Positions 39,771 through 52,236 are shown, counted from the first letter of the stretch. The stretch: DNA of 64,000 nt from Octopus vulgaris (GCA_951406725.2 OX597828.1:59706001-59770000), one strand, 5' to 3'. Notes: generated by a model not told the origin, from the letters alone. Numbers and translations: made by a program.

Positions 39771-40233
39771 TCGGGAGCCATTCATGTTCGATTCCTATTC
39801 CAATATAGTAGAAAGTGCTACCTGTGCAATACGTCAACGTCGAAATCTAGATTTTCGACTTTGTCAGCTGAGTTTGTGCTGATGTTTTCTGTAGTCTGAA
39901 GACGGGAGACCATTATGTTGTCATAAATATTTTGCTATCGTGAGAACAGCAACGAATTATTTCATCTTTTTTTTTTTGTTCAGGAAGTCACTCGGATCTC
40001 GTGAAACATGTACTTATGCGCGGTTGACACCTGCCATAGGAAGTAACTCTTCTTTCTTTCCCAGAAAATGTTATAACTTTAATAGCACTTTCTGTTGCAC
40101 TCTTTATTATCAAGTCACCTTCAGCATGAAAAAGATTATGCACCGCCAGCCAATTCATATATTTACATGCATGAATGCATCAATACATGCTCAACCACCC
40201 AACACGAACTCACGCACACACACACAGGCAGAC

Positions 40234-40308
<75 letters not shown>

Positions 40309-40366
40309 CGGATGGATAGATAGATTCATTTTTTTGTATATGTGCGTGTGTAAAAAAACCCGCATA

Positions 40367-40409
<43 letters not shown>

Positions 40410-40549
40410 CAAAGCGAACTTATTATTATGCTTGCAACCTTTGGACAGATATGGCGTTTTTCTTTTTTCCAGTATAATTAGTGAAATAAAATTATTTTAC
40501 AAGATATCTTGTGAAGATATTCTCTGGCCAACATTTGTATAATTCTCAG

Positions 40550-41060
40550 ATTTACTCTACGTATGTCACACCAGGCAATGGTTATGTGAATCTATCGATG
40601 GTGCAGCATTGAATCGCTATACATTTTTATAATAATCATACTATATCCTTACCTGGTGTGGACTCTACATTTACCATATCAAAATACGGTGATATGAATT
40701 TATCGATGCTACAATAACGAATTGACTGCAATCAAACCAATAACAACTTCACTACAGTCAAATCATACATAAACAAGTATATAGTCCAAAACTATGAGTA
40801 TACACATAGTTATGGTGTGGCTCGATATAACAAAGCTTATTTGCAATCAACCTGTATTATCAGGTGAATCATCTAAATCAGGTGATTCTCCTGGACCAGT
40901 GTAACTTTACCACGGCAGAAGCCTCGATGGAACGATGAGGCATGGATATGTGGCCTGGATTTTAGTCATATTGCTCTTCCGCTAGTCGAAATATCTCATC
41001 TACGTTCACCATAATTACAGATCATAGCAGTATTTCACTAACTGAATTCATTGATCCTGG
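40550..41060 (+). pseudogene. Possible decayed exon(s) with FN3-like repeats
   Basis: After an acceptor-like ttctcag: YVTPGNGYVNLSM..LPGVDSTFTISKYGDMNLSM..YIVQNYEYTHSYGV..SPGPV; 108-bp in-frame internal repeat; several stops. Confidence 0.3.
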
Positions 41061-41679
41061 CCGTTGATAGTTTGTTGTCTCTTCATTCGGTCAATTTGCC
41101 GGAATATTTTACATTCACCCACCATGCTGAACACCAAATTTTAACGTACCCTAATTCAGGTGGTTATATGCTCCTGTCAGGCTCCCGATAACTTGGAGCC
41201 TGACAAGTGCTATTGATGCGGGTCAGAGTAGACCTGGGGAAAATAGTAGTTAAGAGGTGGTATTACAATCCTCAATACCCCGGAACAAATGTATATATAA
41301 TAGATTATACAGTGGATATTACTGTATGAATTATAAATGATTCAGTAGTTTTTTAACACCTTCATTGTGAAGTATTAACTTAGCGATTCGACTGACTTAA
41401 CGAAATTAATCCCAACAGAGATTATATAGAACGTTCGGTCAACTCTAGTTGTATATTTCGCTGACAGATGGAAATGTGATTTAACTGAAGCACAGCAGAA
41501 TACAGTTCTTTGGTTTCAAGTTAGTTCTGAACTAGTTAAATCTGTAAGCAACGACGGTCCACTCATGACCTTACATTATTATATGTAGAGTCAAACTTTG
41601 AAGATGGCAGGATACGTTTTAAAGGAAATGTGGCTTCTATTTCATTGGTTTCAAATTTTGTCACAAAGTCACCAGGTTT

Positions 41680-41860
41680 GCTGGAAGGGCTAAGTCAATT
41701 GCATCGACCCCAGTGTTTAACTGGTACATATTTTATCGACTTCAAAATGACTAAAGGCAAAGTCGACATCGGCGAAATTTGAATCTCAGAACGTGCAAAC
41801 AGATGAAATGCCGCTAAGTATTTTGTCAAGTATGCTAATGATTCTGCCAGCTTGCCGCCA
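41680..41860 (-). mobile_element. SINE family B, diverged
   Basis: catcgaccccagtg..aggcaaagtcgac..ctgccagcttgccgcc. Confidence 0.85.
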
Positions 41861-42295
41861 TGTTTGCAATACATTAACGATTATGAACTATATGAAAAAA
41901 TGTAGTATAAATTAGGAAGAATGTACGCCTGACAATTTAATATTATGTTCAACTATGACCCAAGCTTAGATCCAAGCTCCTCATCGACTAGACTTTTTAT
42001 TTTAGATTAAAATACAAACAGCAATAAGTCTATTTTCATGTAAACATTCTAGTGTGAGGGAGGTAATTACACATTTCAAAGTTATCTCCCGTGGGATTTT
42101 TGTTTTCTTGTGATTTTGCAATTCTTACTACATTCGTTGTATTTATTTAGCGTGAAATTGAAATGACTGCAACAAGTTACATTAGTTGCTGTAAATATTT
42201 TTGAAACTGAATTTGAGAATTCTGATGTTTACAGAAGGTTCTGTAAAAACTTTTCTGTTAATGTCCCTCTACAAATAATATTTCGAATTAATTTG

Positions 42296-42392
42296 GGCGG
42301 CGAGCTGGCCGAATCGTTAACACGCTGGGCATAATGCTTAGAGGCATTTCGACTGATTTTACGTTCTGATTTCAAATGTCACCACGGTTAAC
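42296..42392 (+). mobile_element. SINE family B, 5' fragment
   Basis: ggcggcgagctggccgaatcgttaacacgctgggc. Confidence 0.75.
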
Positions 42393-43390
42393 TTGAGCCC
42401 CTAGACTGTTAGGTCCTTAGGCAACTTCCCAGAGAACCCACTCCTTAGATGGTCCTGCTTATTATTGTATAATTAGTTTTAATAGTATGAATAAAGTGGG
42501 ATTATAAATATATAAAATTACATCAGGAGATGAAAAAATACATTTGTGTTAAAAACGTGATGCAGAAATGTAAACAGCATAAAACTAAGAAATTATTAAC
42601 AAAACACTAATTTTGAATGTGCTTTAATTTAAGAAATAATCCGTGAATATATATGCCAAGTAACTGAACTGATATTTAAATAGAAAAAAACATCGTTAGA
42701 ATATATGTTACGGTAGGTAATTCAGTTTTTGTCTCGATTTAACCAATGTTTTTAAATGCATAAAAGACGCCAGATTTTCAAATACTTCTACAAATATCAA
42801 ATCAATGTAGCCATTGATTTACAAGAGAAAATTTTAAATACTTTTAAATATTCCATATTGCTCAATGTCGATTTGCAATTAAATATATAATTTTAACATA
42901 AAGTCTTCAAACAAAAGTGTCAATAAAAGTACTCAACAGAAATATATTTCAGCAATAATAAAATCTCACATCTCTGAAGCCTAGCCGAAAATTATGTAAG
43001 TTGTAAACAACGTCATTCTCTGACAGTGCTTGGAAAATCACAACGGAACGACATTTTGTCACAGGTTGACAAGTAATTTTGATGTGCAGTTTCAAAGTCT
43101 ATCACGTGAAAACAAAAGGAACAGGGTCCTTTTGGTAAATATTATCCCTTGTTTAAATCTTTACATCTTCAGCTGCTAGTTCCTATCTGAATTTATTTAT
43201 ATTACTTTTTAATATATATTTATATACTTTTTAAATTTGTTTTATTTACTGTGTCTTCTTCCTCTCCTATCTTTTCCAGTTTCTTGTTAACATTAAGGAT
43301 GGCTAATTTCATAAATTTAGATCCATCACTGCAATTAAAATGAAACAAAGAAAATATATTATTTTAATGGACATTTTACTTTTATCTTAT

Positions 43391-43770
43391 AGGTGCAGGA
43401 GTGACTATGTGGTAAGTAGCTTGCTTACCAACTACATGGTTCCGGGTTCAGTCCCACTGTGTGGCACCTTGGGCAAATGTATTCTACTATAGCCTCGGGC
43501 CGACCAAAGCCTTGTGAGTGGATTTGGTAGACGGAAACTGAAAGAATCCCGTCGTATATATGTATATATATGTATGCGTGTGTATATGTTCGTGTGTCTG
43601 TGTTGGTCCCCGCCACCAACATCGCTTGACAACCGATGGTGGTGTGCAAAAGAGAATGATAGAATTAGTACTAGGCTTCCAAAGAATAAGTCCTCGGGTC
43701 GATTTGCTCAACTAAAGGCGGTGCTCCAGCATGGCCGCAGTCAAATGACTGGAGCAAGTAAAAGAGTAAA
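43391..43770 (+). mobile_element. SINE family A
   Basis: Complete head, core, microsatellite and tail. Confidence 0.92.
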
Positions 43771-44139
43771 TGATATACCAAATTAATTTTATCTCATATC
43801 AGTCTTTCATACATTCTATATACAAAGATAACATTTTGTATATGTACTTGGACTTGAAGAATTGATGTAGCCATGATATTCTGGTGATCTGATGAGCTAG
43901 CTTTCTTTATCTTCAGTGATTTGTAAATATATGCTGAACATACATATATTTCCTAGGGCCCCGATAATTACACGTATAAACTTGAACTCTTAACCATCAT
44001 GTTATATGCCCACGAGATTATAGCGTAATGGTTAAGAGCGCGGGCTACTAACCCCAAGATTGCGACTTCAATTCCAGGCAGTGCCTTGAATAAATAATAA
44101 TAGTAATAACAACAACAACAACAACAACAACAACAGCAA

Positions 44140-44722
44140 TGTCCTGATGCAGTACCAGGCAGTGGCTATGCCCTGATGTGGTACCAGGCAGTGGCTCTCA
44201 TGTCTTCTGATCTTAACTGATTGGAAGTGTTATCGTGTACATTGTTTTGTCTTGGTATATATGATGAGCTACAGCAAATATTCTGCTCAATACCACAGAT
44301 TTGCTTGTCAGTTGTTTGACCGTAACCAGTTGAGTATGTCCCTAGGTGGCTGACGATATGTGCATCTCTGATCACGAGCAGAAGTAGTGGGGGAGCATCA
44401 TAGAGGTGTGTTGAAAGGAATTCTTAGCGGTTTGGATAATTCACCTTTGGAGACATGGGTGGTTCGTTCAACATCCTTAAACAATACTTATTCAGGGACC
44501 TTTTTAGCGGGATGGGCTACTCGACCAGAAGAAAATTCTAACTGGGCCCCACCTGCAAGGTCATGTGCTGTTTATCTTGATATGAGATCACCATCTCTCG
44601 CACATATGGTTGTGATGCATGTGCCTGGTGTACTCTTATCAGACGGGTAGTCATGATGGGTATATTGGGTTTCGTATATTTTACCCCAGTATCACTTTGA
44701 TGGCTTACACTGCTCTCTCATT
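44140..44722 (-). mobile_element. Non-coding interspersed element inserted in an (AAT)n/(AAC)n tract; class unresolved, possibly Dong-mobilised
   Basis: Flanked on both sides by aat/aac repeats; 29-bp terminal duplication at 44141-44197; no credible ORF; the strand is a guess. Confidence 0.55.
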
Positions 44723-44806
44723 CAATAATAATAATAACAACAACAACATCAGCGAAAACAATACCTTAGGAATGAAAACCCAGGTCTGGGTTCAAAATTC
44801 TACCAG

Positions 44807-44852
44807 GACACCTGATGATGGCTGGAGAATCACTCGGCCGAAACGTTGTGTT
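44807..44852 (+). ncRNA. Minimal hammerhead ribozyme, intact core
   Basis: gacac-CTGATGA-t-ggctg-gagaatcact-cggcc-GAAA-cg-TT-gtgtt: stem I gacac/gtgtt, stem II ggctg/cggcc. Confidence 0.85.
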
Positions 44853-44905
44853 AACAACAAACAAGATGAGGACACATAGCCGTCCAATGTAAATAAAGTA
44901 AATAA

Positions 44906-45073
44906 ATCTTATGACGTTATCAGCCTCATGTATGCAAACTTGATCAAGGGATGCACTTCGACAATTGGTGGTTAAAAGGTGTTGCCGAAGGGGATATGAT
45001 GCGACATTCAAAGGCATTTTGGATTGATGTTAAGCCTCTGCCGCCTTGTTTTCGTTTTAGGTAGAAGCGGTCT
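44906..45073 (-). mobile_element. R4/Dong LINE RT thumb fragment
   Basis: [27 protein letters not shown] fits the RLY..R..GGRGL motif. Confidence 0.8.
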
Positions 45074-46009
45074 ATGTATGTATGTATGTATGTATGTATG
45101 TATGTATGTATGTATGTATGTATGTATGTATGTATGTATGTATGTATGTACAAAAGAGAATGTACATATATACGTATACATATATTGATACGTGCATTAG
45201 AACGTCATTGCTTTTATTTTTTAATCCCATGTATTTTCACTGTAAATTTTTCCCTATTAAACATTTATGTACATCTACTCCCATCTCCACCTTCTTTACC
45301 TTCACCCTTCTGTCTTATATTGTATACTTTTGTTTATGTCTTATTTATATCCCAGTGGTATCCCATTCTTAATGTGTAACATCTTATTATAGAAATGTAA
45401 CTATTAGTCATCAGTAAAACCACCCGCTAATTAACACCCAAGCAATACGGTTCTCTTTCTTTTACTGATTAACTGATATGCATATAAATATGTGTGTGTG
45501 CGCGCGTGTGTGTTCTCTAACAATAGTGGTGAATACAATTTTGTAACAATGGCGATTACGCAGCATCGCTGTTTTTCAAACATTTTCTTTTTTTTTTTTT
45601 TTCATAAGACCAAGTATTTGCTAGACAATTAAGCGAAAAGGCGACGAAATGTTATTTCATTTTCGTATGCTGAATAAGCTGTTTTCTACATTGGTATAAT
45701 TTTTGCGTAAATATACGTTTAAACTAGTTTCACTCTGTATTCTTTCGCATAGAACAACGGCATCATTTCCAAAACATTCATAGCTTTTCTTTCAATTTCA
45801 TTTCTATTCATGTTCTTCTTCTTCGTCTTCATTCCCCATAAATTTTTATTTTGCTTTGCACTGTTTCTGAGAGCGTCCATTACACAACGGAAACTAGTTT
45901 GTTATCAATTGTTAGCACCAACTCAATAAATAGAAAAATTCTCTAATTTTAACAGTATGGAGACCTTCATTTAAATCATGGTTGAATCATACTTTGGAAC
46001 AATCTCATT

Positions 46010-46185
46010 TTAAGAGTGGCTGTGTGGTAAGTAGCTTGTTTACGAACCACATGGTTCCGGGTTCAGTTCCACTGCGTGGCACCTTGGGCAAGTGTCTTCT
46101 ACTATAGCCTCGGGCCGACCAAAGCCTTGTGAGTGGATTCGGTAGACGGAAACTGAAACAAGCTCGTCGTATATATGTATACATG

Positions 46186-46229
<44 letters not shown>

Positions 46230-46635
46230 TGTGTGTGTGTGTGCGTGCGAGTGTGTGTGTGCCTGTGTGTGTGCGTCTGTGTGTGTGCGCGTGTGTGTAT
46301 GCCTCAGGCTGACCAGAGTCTTGTGAGTGGATTTGATAGACGGAACAAATAGAAGCCCGTCGTATATATGTATATGCATATATATATATATATATATATT
46401 TATACATAAATTATTAGAGAGTTATCTTTCCTTCAGTTAAATGTGTGTTGATTCTAGTTGGAAACTGATTTTCTGTGGTTGCTTCGGAGCTATTTTTAGC
46501 ACTAGAGTTATCCACATAGTGGATAACTCTCTAATAATTTATGTATAAATTTGTATTTTCTCCGTAGTTTTTGTGCTACCACTTGGTGTTAAATTGACGG
46601 TATTATTAAATTAATATCGATTTTTCACCCTCATT

Positions 46636-46713
<78 letters not shown>

Positions 46714-46920
46714 TGTTTGTCTGTGTTTGTCCACCCAACATCGCTAGACAACCGATGCTGGTGTGTTTACGTCCCCGTAACTTAACGGTTCGGCAAAAGA
46801 GACCAATAGAATAAGTACTAGGCTTACAAATAAGTCCTGGGTTCGATTTGCTCGACTAAAAGCGATGCTCCAGCATGGCCACAGTCAAATGACTGAAACA
46901 AGTAAAAGAGTAAAAGAGTA
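46010..46920 (+). mobile_element. SINE A with a partial core duplication (46302-46365) and a foldback insert (46399-46640) in its microsatellite
   Basis: Head 46010-46170 and tail 46715-46920; inverted repeat tttatacataaattattagagagttatc / gataactctctaataatttatgtataaa. Confidence 0.85.
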
Positions 46921-47688
46921 TATATGTATATATTTATTTAAGTCTATATACATGTATGTATGTATGTATGTATGTATGTATGTATGTATGTATGTATGTA
47001 TGTATGTATGTATGTATGTATGTATGTATGATTGTATGTATGAACACTCACACACATGTATGGCTAGTTAGAAAATCTCTGTAATTGATGAAAGTAATAA
47101 CTATACTGAGAAGTAACGCTTGCCTCCACTTCAACATGACTGTAGGAACGAACGTAGGAACCCCATGATGACCATGCTCCAGCTAGTTATTCGATACAAT
47201 CTGCACTCGATATATATCGGATGCAGATTGCATCGGTTATCTCCTGGAAGAGGCCCTTCCTGGATATATAAACGGTAGTTGCGTCGGTTTCTATGGAACA
47301 GCCATGTTAAAGGGCGAATAAACATTACTATATATATTAAGAAAGAACACTTTCTGAAGACTATAGATACAAACAGTTATCCTTGTCCAGCGTCAGGTAT
47401 TATTATACGGGCATTATTTCTGACTAAGGAGGAACAATCAAAGCGAAACACCATTATATAAGAGTGGTCATTGGAATAGAAGGAAACGAAACGCCAACTT
47501 CATGTCAATCTCAGAAGTGATATTACGAAAGTTCTGTTTAATTTAACTTATTTCAATTTATTCTTCCATTAATTTGGGGATGGTTAAATCATCTTTATAA
47601 AGCGATTGAAACCGATAGCGTATGTTGATAGATGTAATTTCTTACTTTCATCCATGGTAAAGGTCATAAAGCATTTTCTTCTTTTTGT

Positions 47689-47720
<32 letters not shown>

Positions 47721-48029
47721 ATCTATATATCTGTCTATTTATACACACACATATATAAACATATTATTCGTAAAAAGGATTGGATGTATTTGAATGTATG
47801 GGCTCACTCAGTTTCGAACCCACCATTTTGCGAGTGTGAGGAGAACATAACTATTCGTACCCATTAAAATGTTCATACATTATACAATATCTGCACTCTT
47901 GTTTCTTAGTCTGACCCAACCCGAAATATGTTAATATTACAACAAAAAAAGAAACCTCAAAAACAAAAAAATGCAATGATTGATGTATTGTGTACTTCAA
48001 TTAATCATCTCATTTCACTGAGATTCACT

Positions 48030-48325
48030 CCAGTCAGACTGCCAATTTTTCTTGACATCGCTTCGCTGACAAAGATTAGGAATGCTGTTGTCCACGTCGT
48101 CTTCATGCTCGTTCTCGGCTGATAAGGCCGATATGGCATCGAGATATCCGATTGCGGTGATGATAGGGGTATGGTTTATCCGGGTCTGATGATGCAGCTG
48201 CATTATTTTTTCGCCTCTGATGTTTGTCTTCAAGAGAGTCACTGCGAGAGATCTCAAAGGAGGAAACAGCATCGTTGATCGTATGGCGCCAAGCGACGTG
48301 ATCAGCTGTTAGAGTGGACCACTTA
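48030..48325 (-). mobile_element. RTE LINE 3' end
   Basis: WSTLTADHVAWRHTINDAVSSFE..KHQRRK..RISRCHIGLISRERA, the typical RTE C-terminus. Confidence 0.8.
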
Positions 48326-48332
48326 TGATAAT

Positions 48333-48408
48333 CATAAACAAGATGAGGACAAATATCCATCAAATGTAAATAATGTACATAATTCCTCATCTCTCAAATA
48401 TAGAACTG
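48333..48408 (+). mobile_element. 3' end of the HHR-tail SINE
   Basis: aaacaagatgaggacaaatatcc..ataattcctcatctctcaaatatagaactg matches 12070-12140. Confidence 0.8.
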
Positions 48409-48548
48409 AGTTATAAATTTATTCAACATATTCCCTGCTCAGATTCGCATGCTTATTGCAGTGGTCTCTTAGTTTTTTTAAGTCCTGTAAAAGAACTCGA
48501 CTAGGTCTTTCATGAAACCCCTAAAGTGAAGAACTTTCCAGCTTCTGC

Positions 48549-48585
<37 letters not shown>

Positions 48586-48829
48586 ACAGAAATGGCAAGA
48601 AATTAATGTATATTATTCGTGCTAGTTTACACATGTTTCTAATAAGGTTGAAGAAGCACAGTTCCCTAGTCTGATGCCATAATTGATTGATTGAATAAAG
48701 TAGAGAATAGGCTTTCTCCATTTATCTTCCTCGGAGCTAAAATCCTTTTGGTTACAATGAAAGAAATGTGAGCAACATAATATATATGAATGCATCCACT
48801 TTGCTTCATACTTTTGCTTGGTAGGGCTG

Positions 48830-49078
48830 GAGTCATCTCAGGTTAATGGTCTTAGAGAGGCCATTGTGCATAGATCTGACCAGGTCCACTGATGCTTCCC
48901 ATCCCTGGCAACCCTGTACCAGTGCCTCTGCATCACCCAAGATTATATCAAACCTCTGGAGATCATCGTTTATCATGTTCAGCCATTTGGTGCAGGGCTT
49001 GCCATGGGGCCCCTTCCAGCCTGTAGCTGCTGTGTCAAATGAGAGTGAGGCCCTGGTAGACTCCCTGGCAAGAAGAAG
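48830..49078 (-). mobile_element. LINE (RTE-like) 3' end
   Basis: GWKGPHGKPCTKWLNMINDDL..AEALVQGCQGWEASV is a decayed R.RGRP..RW.D motif. Confidence 0.65.
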
Positions 49079-49469
49079 ACAGTGTGTTTATATTTACACA
49101 TATTTGTATATATGTGTGTGTGTAATTAAGCATAAAAATGCATGTGTACATATCTGTGTTGTATCTCTGTATTCATAGTATCATTGTTGTCGTTCCATTG
49201 CTAGGTGAGGGCCACCGAGCTCTGTGTTTTGTACGAGAAAGAGAAACTCCACTCCTACCAACCTCCACAGTCTTGGAGTGAAGCAGCCATTGTGGAGAAA
49301 AATATGAGAGGTAAGTATATGGTCTGAGGGAAGGGGTAGACCATAGTTGTTGTTTAACCCCAGATCAATCCTGATCCAGTCAGATATTTTGTCAAAGATG
49401 TTCCAGCTATGGCCATCCCATCTTTGAGTCAGACATGGTGTATCTAGGACTACATTATCTAATGTCTCT

Positions 49470-49992
49470 CGCCATGTGGAATGTGACTGGTACTTGCTGG
49501 GATGGATGGGAATAAAGTATTGTATAGGTCTGCCAAAGATGCACATGGCTGGGGACAAGTGTGTGTCCTGGTCAGGTGTATTTCTTTATTGTAGCATTGT
49601 GCACTGGAAACTGTCAGTGTTGTCTGGAACGAGGCCCTTTATTGTCTCAATACCGACTTTGGCACAGCAGTTGTCATGGGGAAATGCAACAGAGGTGATT
49701 CTGTGGTGCACTTCCCAATTGTGGAAGAAGGTCCTCCATCTGATGTCAGCTCAAAGCTGATACTATATATCACAAAGATGTGGTTTAGGGTGGCATTAAG
49801 TGTCTGTGCACCATTCGATGCTTTCTTCACGTTGGTTTTTCAGACCTGTTTGGACATACCATCATTGTCTGTCACCAAGTAACATATGTACCAATGGGGA
49901 TAGGCTTGATAACTCCAAGTTGAACGTTCCGGTCGAGACCTGCTTTCACTTCCTCTTGCCAATGAACCAGGAATGGTATGGGTTTTACTTGT
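49470..49992 (-). mobile_element. Gypsy (Mag-like) pol fragments: RT start fused to integrase
   Basis: PFLVHWQEEVKAGLDRNVQLGVIKPIPIG and SPAMCIFGRPIQYFIPIHP; same family as 60020-61500. Confidence 0.85.
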
Positions 49993-51632
49993 GGTAATAA
50001 TGCCGCTTGTTTTTAAAAAATGCATTATTTTCTCTGGAGCAAGCTGCTTCAATATTTCCTTAAATGAACACTTTAATTTCACTTTGTTATATTACTGCGG
50101 GAAATTACTCTGAAAGAAATCTTTGCAGAAAGATTTTTAAACAAAGATAATTTTGAAAAATGTTTTTTCAAAAGTCTACACCCACTTTGGAATGTCTTCA
50201 GATAATACTTTGTGGATGATCTTGCAGACGCCTTGGGTAGCCTTCCAGGAGCTTGCTGCAGTTGTCTGCTGACAGTTTTCGCCATTCTTCATCGCAGAAC
50301 TTCTCGAGCTGTGTCAGATTGGATGGGGAACGTTGATGGCCAGTCAGCTTTAGATCTTGCCATAGATTTTCTATAGGGATGAGGTCTGGAGCCTTGCTGG
50401 GCCACTCCAAAACTGTGATCTTCTTGCTAGCAAACCAAGCTTTAGTGCTTTTTGACACATGTTTGTGGTCGTTATCTTGTTGAAACTTGAAATTGCGACC
50501 TAAGTGCAGAGCTCTAGCAGACTTCAGCAGGTTTGCCTCCAATATTTCTTGGTACTTGACACTGTCCCTGTTACCTTGGATGGTTACCAACTCTCAGGGC
50601 CCTGCAGCTGAAAAACAGCCTCAAAGCATGAGCGAGCCACCGCTGTGCTTTACAGTGGGGATGATATAAAGAAGTTGGTGAGCAGTGCCTTTTTTCTGCC
50701 TAACGTAGCTTTTGTTTTTTTTCCAAATAACTCGACTTTGGTCTCATCTGACCACAAAATCTTTTGCCACATGGTCATGGAATCATTAATGTGACTTTTG
50801 GCAAAGTTTAGCCTAGCTTGCTTGTGTATAGGCTTCAGAAGGGGCTTTATTCTAGCTACCCTCCCTTGCAGGCCAGACCAATGCAATACTCTGGAAAATG
50901 TAGAAGCATGGACATCTGTCCCAGTACTGGAAACTGAAGCTTTCAAGTCTTCCAGTGTTGCACTAGGGTTGGAGGTTGCCTCCTTGACCATTTTTGACTT
51001 TGCTCTTGCAGTAAGTTTGCTCGGTCTCTCAGATCTTGGTAGGGTAGCAGTGGTTTTGTGCAATAACCACTTCTTAATTACAGTTTTAACAGTGCTTAGG
51101 GGCAATTCTAAAGTTTTTGCAATCTTTTTATAGCCATTATTTTCTTTGTACTTTTGAAAGAATAAGGTTTTTAAGTTCCTGAGACAGAGGCTTGCCCATT
51201 TTCTTTCCCGAGTTGGACACTTTGTGTTTACAGTCAGAGTCCAAAGACCAACATACCAAAAAACCCATATGGTGAATGATTTTGTAGGCAGTTAAATCAC
51301 CTTATACAGCAAAATAATAGTCTGGCCAAGTTTGTTATGGTAGAAAGCACATGTCACTTTTGATTGTTTTGGATTGTATACATCAATGACAAACTACATA
51401 ATAACACAGTATAATATTTTGGGGGCAGTAGACTTTTGCAAAGACATTTTTCTAAGTTATATGATTTTAAGAATCAGTGTGTAATTTAAAAAATGTAATT
51501 TTTATATCAAAGTGTGATGGATCTGCTTATTATTTAACAATCATTGGAACTGAAAAATTGTGTTGTTCCCTGTTAAAATACACAAAATATATAAATTTCC
51601 AAAGGAGGGTGTAGATTTTTGCAAACTACTGT
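49993..51632 (-). mobile_element. Tc1 DNA transposon (IR/DR-type ends), near full length
   Basis: 5' end ta-cagtagtttgcaaaaatctacaccc at 51631; inner repeats gcaaaagtctac (about 51430) and tcaaaagtctacaccc (50168); the outer 3' TIR is not recognisable. Confidence 0.9.
50198..51199 (-). pseudogene. Tc1 DD34E transposase with frameshifts and stops
   Basis: MGKPLSQELK..GYKKIAKTL..WSDETK..TVKHSGGS..FQQDNDHKH..WPSKAPDLIPIENLW; 34 residues between the second D and the E. Confidence 0.95.
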
Positions 51633-52034
51633 AACATGTAGCTATTCTTCTGTTAACTACAGGATATAGTGATTTCGTGTTACACATATTCGTAAAGATA
51701 TTACGTCTACATCATGAAAAGGACTAGTGGTTACATGATAATATCCGTTGCCGCATAAGGATATTTCTGATATCTCCTGTTATTTATATGTGGCTCAAAA
51801 GTTTTTTTTTACCTCGTTTGTTAGATTAAGAAGTAAAGAAATGGTGATTAAAGAAATAGGAAACAGAACTGTGTATACTGTCTGTCAGTGCATTCAATAC
51901 TGTAATGTTCGCGAATTCGCGAATTCACCTTCCACTAGCAGTTACAATTTTATTCGTTGATCACTTTTTGCCTCTAACTCTTGCCTTGCTTTGTAGACAT
52001 CACTGCCCATCAGAATGCCTGGCAACAGACAGCT

Positions 52035-52205
52035 CCAATGAAAGTCTCATCCAAGAAGGTCCGCTGCCCCGTCATCTCTGCAGCTGGATCTAGCAAAGAG
52101 TGGGCTTACTTTGAGTTGAGACCTTCAGACTAGAAACAAATCACTGGACAGAGGTGTAACGGAGTAGTGTTTCAGCTTCTCAAATGCTGCAACGAGACCC
52201 TCAAA
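52035..52205 (+). mobile_element. Gypsy (Mag-like) gag N-terminal relic
   Basis: KKVRCPVISAAGSSKEWAYFELR..VVFQLLKCCNE resembles the gag motif KV.RP.IS..GS.E.W.YF..QLL.CC. Confidence 0.65.
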
Positions 52206-52236
52206 AAAAGTTCTCATATTGGCATTTAGTGCGCTG

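Larger units (their letters stand above)
44012..44905 (+). mobile_element. Element with tRNA-like head, (AAT/AAC)n linker and HHR-bearing PLE-like tail, interrupted by a ~580-bp insert
   Basis: A box TAGCGTAATGG (44021-44031), B-box-like gacttcaattcc (44064-44075), linker, tail 44745-44905 shared with 11958-12140 and 48333-48408. Confidence 0.7.

Noticed and set aside
45865-45900. HHR-like ctgagag-cgt..acg-gaaactagtt
   Set aside because: The core is one base short and stem I does not pair; too degenerate to call
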